From Chiloscyllium plagiosum (lineage: Eukaryota), in the NCBI RefSeq assembly GCF_004010195.1, contig NC_057718.1, positions 29,289,206 to 29,353,205 on the forward strand: a DNA stretch of 64,000 nt, given 5' to 3'. The notes beneath the pieces were generated by a model, which did not search any database, had not been told where the DNA came from, and was given only the letters and a program-made list of their open reading frames with translations. Shown in pieces: positions 1 to 11,469 of this stretch (the stretch's first letter is position 1; each line of letters opens with the position of its first letter). Made by a program: the position numbers and the translations under genes.

Positions 1-1565
1 TAAAAGAGACCTAAAGGGCAACATTTTCACGCAGAGGGTGGTACGTATCTGGAATGAGCTGCCAGAGGATGTGATGAAGGCTGGTACAATTGCAACATTT
101 AAGAGGCATTTGGATGGGTATATGAATAGGAAGGGTTTGGAGGGATATGGGCCGGGTGCTGGCAGGTGAGACTAGATTGGGTTGGGATATCTGGTCGGCA
201 TGGACGGGTTGGACCGAAGGGTCTGTTTCCATGCTGTACATCTCCAAGACTCTATGACTCTACGTATTTGGAAAGCAAGGAGTAATATGGGATCGTAAAC
301 ATGGCTTTGTGCATTGGAAATCATGTCTCACAAACTTGATTGAGTTTTTTTGAAATAACAAAGAGGACTGATGAGCGGTTGATGTGATCTATATGGACTT
401 CAGGAAGGCGTTTGACAAGGTTCCCCATGGGAATCTGGTTAGCAAGGTTAGATCTCAAGGAATACAGGGAGAACTAACCATTTGGATACAGAACTGGCTC
501 AAAGGTAGAAGGCAGAGGGTGGTGGTGGAACGTTGTTTTTCAGACTGGAGGCCTGTGACCAGTGCAGTGCCACAAGGATCGGTGCTGGGCCCACTACTTT
601 TCATCATTTATATAAATGGTTTGCATATGAGCTTAAGTGGTATAGCTAGTAAGTTTGCAGATGACACCAAAATTGGAGGTGTAGTGGACAACAAAGAAGG
701 TTACCTCGGATTACAACGGGATCTTGATCAGATGGACCAATGGGCTGAGAAGTAGCAGATGGAGTTTAATTCAGATAAATGCGAGGTGCTGCATTTTGAG
801 AAAGCAAATTTTAGCAGGCCTTGTACACTTAATGGTAAGGTCCTGGGGGGTGTTGCTGAACAAAGAGACCTTGGAGTGCAGGTTCACAGCTCCTTGAAAG
901 TAGAGTTACAGGTAGATAGGATAGAGAAGAAGGCGTTTGGTATGCTTTCTTTTATTGGTCAGAGTATTGTGAGTACAGGAGTTGGGAGGTCATGTTGCTG
1001 CCACATGTGGTTAGGCCACTTTTGGAACATTGCATGCAATTCTTGTCTCCTTCCTATCGGAAGGATGTTGTGAAGCTTGAAAGAGTTCAGAAAAGCCTTA
1101 CAAGGATGTTACCAGGGTTGAAGGATTTGAGCTAAAGGGAGATGTTGAATAGGCTGGGGCTGTTTCTCCTGGAGCGGAGGCTGAGGGTTGACCTTATAAA
1201 GGTTTATAAAATCATGAGGGATATGGATCGGATAAATAGACAAGGTCCTTTCCCTGGGGTGGGGGAGTCCAGAACGTGAGGACATAGGTTTAGGGTGAAA
1301 GGGGAAAGATACAGAAGAGATCTAAGGGGCAACTTTTTCACGCAGAGGGTGGTGCATGTGTGGAATGAGCTGCCAGAGGAAGTGGTGGAGGCTGGTACAA
1401 TTGCAACATTTAAAAGACATCTGGGTGGGAATACAAATAGGAAGAGTTAAGAGGGATATGGGTCGGGTGCTGGCAAGTGGGACTGCATTGGGTTGGGATA
1501 TCTGGTCAGCATGGACAAGTTGGACCGAAGGATCTGTTCCCGTGCTGTACATCTCTATGACTCTA
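1..1565 (+). mobile_element. Two adjacent 5'-truncated CR1 LINE copies (3' end 1-262; RT-to-3' end 263-1565)
   Basis: RT motifs YMDFRKAFDKVPH, VPQGSVLGP, KFADDTK with stops and frameshifts. CTCTATGA microsatellite tails. Confidence 0.9.
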
Positions 1566-2839
1566 AATATCATAATTAATGCTCTTAAGTTTGGTTTGCG
1601 ATAACTATTCATATCAAGCAATAAACTGCACTGAAAGTATATAGTATTACACTGCAATGAAACTACTCCCATTTGAATGAGATACTGAACATGGGATTGA
1701 AATTCAAATGATACTTGTACTTCTAATAAGGAATGTGGTCCAATCTTATGAGTTCAAAATATTCCAAGTTTTTAAACAGCTAACATGACCATGGGTCAGA
1801 ACCCTGAAGTATTGTGGACATTTTTAACTTGTAATTATAGAATGTGTTATGTAAAAAAAAGAAAGCTGATACAGACTAAAATTCTGGAGGGACCCGTGGG
1901 AAATTACACCTATGATATGAAAGGAATTTCAAGCAGGAGAAAAGGGAAGTCAAAATGGACTAGTTTGTGATCTCGTGACTACCATGATAACAAGAGACTG
2001 AAGAGCAAGTCAAACCCTGCTGAGTATGTCCCAACTTACAGATGCATTGTGTATTCTTCTAAAGGAAAAATACAAAAAGACATGATTAAAAATCCAATTT
2101 CTAACATACTAGGAAAGGGGCTATTGACACCGAATGTTCGTATGTGTACAAGCCTGAGCTCAAACAATTGATTGCTATGAAGGTCAAAGTCATTCAATTA
2201 TCACCCAGAAAGGAATCAGAACAACAGGACCTCAAACAAACTGCAGAAGTAAGAATTGTGAAACCAAATGTTCAATTACCGATGTCAACACTATCGGTAA
2301 CTTTCACTATTGTGGATGTAACATTCAACCATCTGCTCTTTGTGAATAATTCAACCACTAATCTGAACATCATTTTTAAAACTTTTACCTTTCTGATCTC
2401 ACCTCTTAGTTCTAATCCGAGTGTACAGGATTTCTAACTTTTCTTGTATTTTATAATTAGTAAATTCACTCTCTATTAATTCGAGAAACCTTTGTTAAAT
2501 TAATTCCTTTTAAAACAGAACCTCTGGGTGGTGGGGTGGTTAATGTTAATAGTTTGGGGCCTCCTGTCTGGAACTATAACAAATTGGGGAAACCTCAACT
2601 AGGGGTTTGGATATAATATGCTGCAGACTATATGAAAAAAAATCAGTGATGTCATTAGTACTGATTAACTGTACAGTGCTATTGCATAACACCACCACCA
2701 TCCCACCAAGTTAATCTCAGAATTCCTAAAAGAACAGACTCATTGTGCAGAATTCAACTGAGCTACATAGGCCAGCAAACCTAATACAAATTCAATGTTC
2801 ACTCTGCAGTTTGTTGAACTCAGTCAATGCAGCAACACA

Positions 2840-3330
2840 GTTATAGAGTCACAGAGATGTACATGGAAACAGACCCTTCGGTCCAACTCATCCATGCCAA
2901 CCAGATATCCCAACTCAATCTAGTCCCACCTGTCAGCATCCAGCCAATACCCCTCCAAACCCTTCCCATTTATATACCCATCCAGATGCCTTTTAAATGT
3001 TGCAATTGTTGCAATAAACGCACCACCCTCTGAGTGAAAAGGTTGCCCCTTAGGTCTCCTTTTCTACCTTTCCCTTCTCACCCTAAACCTATGCCATCTA
3101 GTTCTGGACTCCCCCACCGCAGGGAAAAGACTTTGTCTATTTATCCTATCCATGCCCCTCATGATTTTATAAACCTCTATAAGATCACCCCTCAGCCTCT
3201 GACGCTCCAGGGAAAACAGCCCCAGCCTATTCAACCTCTCCCTATAGCTCAAATCCTCCAACCTTGGCAACATGCTTGTAAATCTTTTCTGAACCCTTTC
3301 AAGTTTCACAACATCTTTCTGATAGGATCA
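2840..3330 (-). mobile_element. CR1 LINE 3' fragment
   Basis: LERVQKRFTSMLP...RLRGDLIEVYKIM and the CR1 3' UTR on the minus strand. Confidence 0.85.
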
Positions 3331-3364
3331 TTACTAAAGTAAGCCACAATTTTTCTAAGCTGAA

Positions 3365-4022
3365 GTAAGTCCTGGGGAGTGTTGCCAAACAGAGACCTTG
3401 GGATGCAGATTCATAGCTCCTCGAAGGTGAAGTCACATGTAGACATTTTGTGAAGAAGGCATTTGGCATGCTTGCCTTTACTGGTCAGTGCATTGAGTAG
3501 AGAAGTTGGAGGTCATGTTACAGCTGGACAGAATATTGATTAGGCCACTTTTGGAATACTGTCTTCAGGTCTGGTTTCCCTGGAAAGGAAGGATGTTGTG
3601 AAACTTGAAAAGTGCACATAAGGTTTACAAAGATGTTGCCAGGGTTGGAGGGTTTGAGCTATAGGGAGAGGCTGAATAGGCTGGGGCTGTTTTCCCTGGA
3701 GCGTCGGTGGCTGAGGTATGACCTTATAGAGGTTTTTTAAATCACAAAGGGCATGGATAGGGTGAATAGCCAAGGTCTTTTTCCCAAGGTAGGGAAGTCC
3801 AAAACCAGAAGGCATAGTTTTAAGGTGAGAGGGGAAAGATATAAAAGGGACTTAAGGAGCAACTTTTTCACATAGATGCATTTGGATGGGTATATGAATA
3901 GAAAGGATTTATATGGGTCAAATGCTGGCAAATGGGACTAGATTAATTTAGGATATCTGGTCAGCATGGACCATTTGGACTCAAGGGTCTGTTTCCATTC
4001 TGTACAACTCTAAGGCTCTAAG
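3365..4022 (+). mobile_element. CR1 LINE 3' fragment
   Basis: Same ORF2 C-terminus and 3' UTR as 840-1565. Confidence 0.85.
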
Positions 4023-4509
4023 AATGAGAAAGATTCACCCAACATCATACTTCTAATACTTATTGACCGCTACTGGATTATACTTTATCATCACACTCTC
4101 CAAAATTGTGCCGGTTGTCATTATCCAGGTTGTTGTTTGGGTAAGGTAGCTTGTATCTTTGGAATTGCACCTCAATATGAAGGGGACAGTGGGAGACAAT
4201 TACAGGCACAGTTTTAATAATATTTAAAATATCATTTAGCATTGGGATTGCTGTAAGCAACAGGTTTGGGAATCAAGACAGATTTATTTTTACAGATGTA
4301 CAGCCACAAGAATGTCCATCAGCAACTTACGATATTGTAAAAGAATACCATGCAAAAAACGTTTCCAAAGGTTTTTGAAGTCTGCTTAGCATCTTAAAAC
4401 CACCTAGCTGTAGTTCTCTGTAGTTTCACCTTAGTTTTTCATCTTTCAACAGATGTACTAAACTTGCCATTCAAGATGCTACACAGTAAAATAAAATGAA
4501 CGTAGTTAC

Positions 4510-4678
4510 CTTTAATAACAAAAGCTTCCGCTAAGAGTCTTTTCTTATAAATTGGTTCATCTTCAACACAAAGGTCATCGATTCCCACTCGGGCATACAT
4601 GCTGAGTGCATCGCGATATGACCCCTCCACAAAATGCAGTTTTGCTAAGATAAGAATGGCTTCAGTCATCAGATTGTG
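4510..4678 (-). CDS. TTC7A: TTC7A coding exon 3 ([57 protein letters not shown]); later exons lie outside the window
   Basis: Matches TTC7[30 protein letters not shown]...EAFVIKG. Pyrimidine tract plus CAG acceptor, GTAACT donor, 169 bp. Confidence 0.95.
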
Positions 4679-5768
4679 CTGAAAGAGGAAAAATATAGGT
4701 GTTTGTACCTATTGTAACTTATTTCTACTTGAAAACAAAACTTGGTACCTCATTTTGAATAAATTGCAAGGATAAAATCTATAGTCTCAGGTTTGGTCTC
4801 ATCTACATAATAATAAGCCATTCACTATTTATAAGATTGCTAGCAAGTCATATTTTCTCACATTCTGCAATGCAGAATCTACTATAATATAAGAAGAAAT
4901 GTGGCATTGTTGATGGCGTTCATCAAGTTCCATTGCAGTAACTGCTGTGATATCAAGCCAGCATTTCACTGAGCGTGGTATCAAGGAGCCCCTTAGCAAC
5001 ACTGAACTCAGCAGGAGTTGGGGGTTGGGCGGGGAGCGGAGGCATGGTTGCAGCACTTCCTCAGAGTAGATTTTACTAATCCACCTGCTCAGAAATGTTA
5101 TTACACACTGCTAGAACAGGTAGGATTTGATCCAGACCACACCATAAGAGGCCCAGTGGGTGCCTCAGAGTTGCTTTTTTCCCTCTGCTCAAAGATGTTG
5201 TTGCACTCACTGCAGCAGGTTGCACTTGAGCCCAGATCTCCTGGTTCAGAGGTAAGTACACTATCACTGCACCACAAGAACCTTCAAAATAGTGTCCTAG
5301 GCCCCGTTAACCTTCAGCTGCTTCAATGACCTTCCCATCAATATTCACTGGTGATTCCAGAGTTTTCAATATCATACCATAAACCCTCAGGTTCGAAAGC
5401 CGTCCATGACCACATCCAGTACAGCCAGGACAACATTCAGGTTTAGGTTGATAAGTAGCAAATACCGTTTGCGCCACACATGCCAGGCAGTGATGCCACC
5501 TCCAGCAAGAGAAAATCTAATTGTCCTCTATTAACTTGCAAAGAAATTGCAATCACTGAATCTCTGAGTTAGTACTGACCTCAAACTGAACTAGATCATC
5601 CATATAATCATTGGTGACAAAAGCAGATCAGAGATTGGGAATTGTTTGGCAGGTAATTCACCTCCAGACTCTCACAAGGCACCAATTAGGGTGTGATGGA
5701 GTAACCTCCACTGCAGTTCCAATTATACTCAGTTGTTCAGCTGCTCAGTCGAGGCACAGCAGAGTGAA

Positions 5769-6636
5769 CCTGGGCTGAACAGTAGCAGCAAAAGCAAACC
5801 TTATAATTACCTGATGAAAGCTCAGTTGGAGTAGCGGGAGCATAATAGGGTGGACCTGGGGGTGAGCAGTACCATCCAGAGAGGAACTGGGTGAACTTGG
5901 GGGTGAATGGCATCAGCTGGAGAGGAGCTGGGTGAACAGGTACAGCTGGAGAGGAGCTGGGTGAACGGGTACCAGCTGGAGGGGAGCTGGGTGAACGGGT
6001 ACCAGCTGGAGGGGAGCTGGGTGAACGGGTACCAGCTGGAAAGGAGCTAGGTGAACCTGGGGGTGAACNNNNNNNNNNNNNNNNNNNNNNNNNNNNNNNN
6101 NNNNNNNNNNNNNNNNNNNNNNNNNNNNNNNNNNNNNNNNNNNNNNNNNNNNNNNNNNNNNNNNNNNNNNNNNNNNNNGGCTGTTACTGCTCACCCCGAG
6201 GTTCACCCAGCTCCTCTCTGGCTGTTACTGCTCATCCCCAGGTTCACCCAGCTCCTCTCTGGCTGTTACTGCTCACCCCCAGGTTCACCCAGCTTCTCTC
6301 TAGCTTGTACCCGTTTACCCAGCTCCTCTCTAGCTGGTATTGCTCACCCCCAGGGTGCACCCAACTCCTCTCTAGCTTGTACCCTTTTACCCAGCTCCTC
6401 TCTAGCTGGTACTGCTCACCTCCAGGTTCACCCAGCTTCTCTCCAGTTGGTACCGTTCACCCCCAGGTTCACCCAGCTCCTCTCCAGCTGATGCCATCCA
6501 CCCCCAAGTTCACCCATCTCCTCTCCAGCTGGTACTGCTCACCCCCAGGTTCACCCTACTCTGCTCCCGCTATTCCAACTGAACTTTTATTATGCAATTA
6601 TAAGGTTTGCTTCTGCTGCTGTTGTTCACCCCTAGG
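5769..6636. repeat. Long inverted repeat built from ~30/41-bp GC-rich minisatellite units, with an N gap (6069-6178) at its centre
   Basis: 5769-5940 is the diverged reverse complement of ~6465-6636. Units ggtgaacgggtaccagctggaggggagctg (left) versus cagctcctctctagctggtactgctcacc (right). Confidence 0.85.
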
Positions 6637-6927
6637 GGGCGTAGCTTTCGGTGAGAGGGGAAAGGCTTAAAGGTGTGCAAGGAAACATTTTGTTTTTAAA
6701 CACAGAGATGGTAGGTACTATGAGCGTGCTGCTGAGGGAGGTGGTGGAAGCAGATACGATAGCAACTTAGAAGTAGCATTTGGATGGACACATGAACAAG
6801 TAGGGAATACAGGGATAGAAATCTTGACTATGTGTGGGTTGATGAGATTAGTTTGGATTTACATTATCGTCAGCATAGAAATGGGCTGTAGGACCTGTTC
6901 CTGTGCTGTACTGTTCTATGTTCTATG
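6632..6927 (+). mobile_element. CR1 3' end with (TGTTCTA)n tail
   Basis: ctagggggcgtagcttt...gtggtggaagcagatac...cctgttcctgtgctgtactgttctatgttctatg. Confidence 0.8.
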
Positions 6928-7799
6928 TACACTCAAGATGCTTAACATGATTTAAGACAAGGCAGCTCCCATGATTGGCACCCCATCCAGCACCTTAAAC
7001 ATTCATCCCCTCTATTAACACAATAGAACAGGATGTACCATCTAGACAATTTTTGCAACCACTTGCCTCACCGCCTTTGACAGGGACTACCAAACCCATG
7101 ACTTCCATCACCTAGAAGCACAATGAGAAGCAGACTAGGGCATAAATAGAAACAAGAGTAGGCCATGTGATCACTTGAGCCTGTTCTAGTATTCAATACA
7201 ATCATGACTGATCAGAGAGCTCAATACTCTAATCCTGTCCTTCCCTCATAGCCCTTGATCCCTTAAGCCACAACAGCTATTATCTCCATCCTTCTTGAAA
7301 ACACAATGTTTTGGCCTTAACCACTTTCTATGCTGGTGAATTTCACAGGGTCACCACTGTCTGAGTCAAGAACTTCTCTGCATCTCGACCTAAAAGGTTT
7401 ACCCCTTAACCTTAAACTATTACCTAACTCTGGTCTCCCTGGTCCATAATGTGTCACATCTTCCAGGATCCCCTCAAGGCGCACGCGAACACACACACAC
7501 ACACCATTAACTTTTCACAGGCCTGGATTTGCCAGACATGCACATATTTCATGAATGAATAGAAATAAACTAAAGTTGAACGATATGGCTCGTGAGTTTC
7601 TTGAATTCTCATATCTAAAACATGGGGCTAATCCGATGGAAAAATTCTCCTCCCCACAAATCTTACATAAAATGAATCTACAAGGCCTCAATCCATTGCC
7701 TCATTTAGAGCCCAACAGACATGTTTGGCCTTGAAAATTAAATGAAATAATAAAAGTAAAATGAAGGATACTTTCATGGGGCTAGTGCAATGTAGAAGT

Positions 7800-8970
7800 A
7801 GATTCATTCTAATAGAATAGAGATGGTTGGGATAAGGGGAGCATTTTCAAGATGGCAACGTGTGGTATGCCACATCAGTCAAGGGGCCACATTATTCACA
7901 ATATATGTTAATATATGTGGATGAGGAAAGAGAATATGCTATCACCAAATCTGTGGATGACACTAAGTCAGTGGAAAGGCAAGAGGTGAGGGTGACACAA
8001 AGAATCTGCAGAGGGATACATGCAGGCTCAGCAAGTGGGCAAGAACATAGCAGATGGAACATGTAGGGAAATATGAGGTTATGTACTTTGGCAGCAAGAA
8101 TAAAGGGAACTGAATATTATTTACCTGGAGAAAGACTGCTATGGACCAGACACATCTGGGAATCCTTGTGCATGAATCACAAAAGGCTGGCAGCCAGGTT
8201 CAGCAGGTAATAGGAAAAGCAAATGGAATGTTGGCCTATGTTTGAAACGGAATATAAAAGTAGGGAGGTGTTACTAAAAATACAGAAGAACAGTTTTGGG
8301 CCCTTTATGGAAAGATGTACTAGCATTGGAGGCAGTCCAGAGAAGGCTCACCTTCTTATACTAAATATGGAGGGACTATCTTATGAGGCAAAGTTGAATA
8401 GATCTGACCTATACTCACTGAAACACATAAAATTATGAGGGCATTTGATATGATAGATAGGGTTTGAGCTATGGGGAGAGGCTGAACAGGCTGGGGCTGT
8501 TTTCTCTGGAGCGTCAGAGGCTGAGAGGTGNNNNNNNNNNNNNNNNNNNNNNNNNNNNNNNNNNNNNNNNNNNNNNNNCTGGTCGGCATGGACGGGTTGG
8601 ACTGAAGGGTCTGTTTCTATGCTGTACATCTCTATGATTCTATGTGGAAAGGTTATTTCTCCTTGTGAGAGTCAAGGCCCAGAGGTCATATTCTCAGAAA
8701 AAGGGGTTGTACATTTGAGGCAGATGAGGAGGCATTTCTTCTCTCAGAGGTTTGGGAGTCTGCAGAACTCTTTGCCACAGAGGGCTGTAGAGGATGGGTC
8801 ATTAAATATATTCAATGCTGAGATACACAGATTTTTAATCAGTAAGAGAATCAAGGGTTATGAGGAAAATACAAGAAAGTGGAGTTGAGGATCATTAGGT
8901 CAGCCATGATTTCAGTGAATGACAGAGCAGACTCAATGGGCTGAGTGGCCTACTTCTACTCCAGTCACTC
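7800..8970 (+). mobile_element. Old CR1 RT/3' fragment with a nested younger CR1 3' end (~8460-8645, contains a gap)
   Basis: Degenerate K.VDDTK and MRRHFFSQR motifs. Nested ctctatgattctatg tail. Confidence 0.75.
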
Positions 8971-9579
8971 TACTTAACTTAAGAAACCTAAGACTGGTTG
9001 ATGTTAAGTGGTTACAGTGGAATATTTTGCATTCTGCTGTTCAATTGGAAGAAAATCAAAGCTTGCTTTTAGGGAATGAAAGGAAAAAAAGAATGGCACT
9101 ACCAGAGTTTGTGTACAAGAGATTAATATCTTCTTCCCCCACATCACTGAATTAGCCTCCACATAGAGGGACAGAGGTCAACAGCTAAATTTCATAAAAC
9201 GTGCATTCCTGAAGTTGACCTCTAACTGAGCTGAAGAAATTTGAAAATCCTCAGAAATACTGAATGGATCAAGGGAACATTCTTCACATTTTTCAGATAT
9301 CAGGCACATCAACAACTGGAAACAGTCAATGCAGAAAGCCTGCAGTTCAGTGTTTTAATGTAATTTTCTGTTAAACATTTTGGATAGCAAGAAAGGAGAA
9401 CCACATGAAACAAGGGGAAGAGGGTGAAAAAATTATCAAGTTTCACTAGTTGAAACAACACTTAAAATAGACTAGACAAATTAATATTTCTAAATACATT
9501 GAGATGGTAAAGATGCCAAGATCAACGATAATATTGTTTTAGGCAAATAAGGAGGGTGTAGAAGGGGGTGGGGAGGAGC

Positions 9580-9875
9580 GTGGATGGCCTAGTGGTACTA
9601 TCACTTGACTGTTAATCCAGAGACCCAGACAATGTTCTGAGGACCTGGCTTTGAATCCTGCCATGGCAGATGGTGGAATTTGAATTCAATAGAAAAAAAG
9701 ATCTGAATCTAATAATGACCGTGAATCCAGAAAACACCAATCTAATGTCCTTCAGGGAAGGTGTAACCTCCATCCTCACCTGGTCTGACTACATGTGACT
9801 CCAGGCTCACAGTAATGTGATTGACCTTTAACTACCCTCTGAGGAGTTAGGGATGGGCCTAGTTAGTGATGCTCA
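9580..9875 (+). mobile_element. tRNA-derived SINE of a second family (possibly MetaSINE-type); head fragment also at ~63760-63810
   Basis: A-box ggcctagtggt and B-box-like ggctttgaatcc. Central ctaatgtccttcagggaagg segment. Family name is tentative. Confidence 0.6.
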
Positions 9876-10259
9876 CAATAAATAATATTTTTTTAGAAAT
9901 GATTATAAAGAAAATAGAAAGGTCTGGAAGAGGTTAGCCAAACAGGTTTCCAAGTGTCAAAGATTATAGAAGTGAAATAGAAAAAGCTAGCACAGGAGAT
10001 GATTTAGCCATGGTGGTTGCCAATGTCAAATAGCCTTCTAAGACTTATTGGCCCAGTTTTTTGTCATTATTCTAAAGGAGATAAGAGTTGCACAGGGGAA
10101 GACTCAGCAGGCTTAGAAGGAATCACTGGGAAATTCAAGATTCCATTAGGCCATTCTTCTATGTCTGGAGCCCACTCCCCAATAGTATCAGAGGGCTCCA
10201 AATAAAATTATGTAATAGAGATTCAGGAAAGATTAGAATATTAAATACATAGTCTAACG

Positions 10260-10835
10260 TTTCCACAGACTCCACCTTTACTTCACATGTCCCAAGTACT
10301 GTACACCTCTGCCAGCCAGACTTCTTACACATACCAGACCATTACCTGACACCCCAGGACCTGTTGCCATTTCCCCAACCGTCAGACCGAACCCATCCAC
10401 TTGCTGTGCAACCAACGCCACATCTTTATATCTCAGGAACCAATCCCCCTTCACCCCTCCGCAGATGACCACCACCTTCACCCCCAGGTCACAACACGTT
10501 TCCCCTGTTCCAGTCCTGGTGATACTGACCCACTTTAAAACCCACCAACCCCAGAGCAGGCGACCTCATTCCTCTATACCGCATTCAAACCTTTTTTCCC
10601 CACCAATGGACACAGACCTCGATATTACCCAAAGATGGCCCTTAGGTGAGATATTACAGGGTGACTGGCCAGTTGGACAATTTTTTAGCTCCTGCGTATT
10701 TCCCTTTTTGGGCCTGGCGGATGCTCAAGGTTCTTCCCTTTAACATTGCTTTTCTTTATACTGATGTTGCATGACCTGCTGAGTGTTTCCAGTAACTTCT
10801 ATTTTTACTCAGATTTCCAACCACCATATTTGCTT
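10260..10835 (+). mobile_element. Degenerate Penelope-like fragment
   Basis: tttacttcacatgtcccaagtactgtac resembles the PLE RT 'FYLLPKIHK' region. The pLTR-like gatgttgcatgacctgctgagtgtttccag lies at the end. Confidence 0.45.
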
Positions 10836-11469
10836 TGATATCATAGTATAAATGTTTGAATAGTATTGAGTTTTCCTTCATTCATAACATTTCTTCCTTG
10901 GAATTATTTCCGTTGCCTTCTCTCTTTAACCATAACAGTTTGTCTGCTACTCACAGGTGAACAAAAGTGCCAATTTAAAATGTACGTTTTAAAAAAAATA
11001 TTAGATTTGTTATTTGACAACATGATGTTTTCAATCATTAGTACAGAGTATCAAATCAGTTCCCCTATCTAATTTTCAGCACATTTTAGTAACAAGTAAT
11101 TACCACACTGCAGTAAATAGTTTAGACAGGAATAGAAAGTTGTTACAATGATAGTTTAAGTGAGTGGCCAAAACTCTCAGAGATAGAGTTCAATGTAATG
11201 AAGTGAAAGGGTAACCTTGGATGTAAGAAAGATGGGTCACAATAGTTTCAAAATGGTTTAAAAAATTTCAGAATTTGGAAGAAATGTTGGAGTCCATGTT
11301 TGAAATCAATAAAAGCTAGTGTACAGTAAAAAGTATAATTAAAAAGATTGGTCGAACGTTAATCTTAATCTCACAGGCATGCGCGTTATGCTACAATAGT
11401 ATTAAGCTCTGGTGAAATACATCTGAAACATTGCTTTTATTCCTAGGCACCTCAGGAAGGATAAATGGA

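Larger units (their letters stand above)
4890..7125 (+). mobile_element. Old degenerate non-LTR LINE remnant (4890-5731 and 6928-7125), split by a later insertion
   Basis: RT-like remnants (ttcaaaatagtgtcctaggccc...tgcttcaatgaccttcc). Sequence appears to resume colinearly after 6927. Family not determined. Confidence 0.55.

Noticed and set aside
1..4509. TTC7A exon 4
   Set aside because: No matching peptide with splice sites was found by eye. It presumably lies left of the window.
5811..5830. CTGATGA in the VNTR arm as a hammerhead or snoRNA box
   Set aside because: No stem II plus GAAA follows, and the motif is not preserved in the opposite arm.
5913..6670. Repetitive ORFs (VPVHPAPLQL..., FTQLLSSWYCSPPG) and a CRISPR-like look
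   Set aside because: These are translations of a minisatellite spanning an N gap. Units are contiguous with no unique spacers, there are no cas genes, and the context is eukaryotic.
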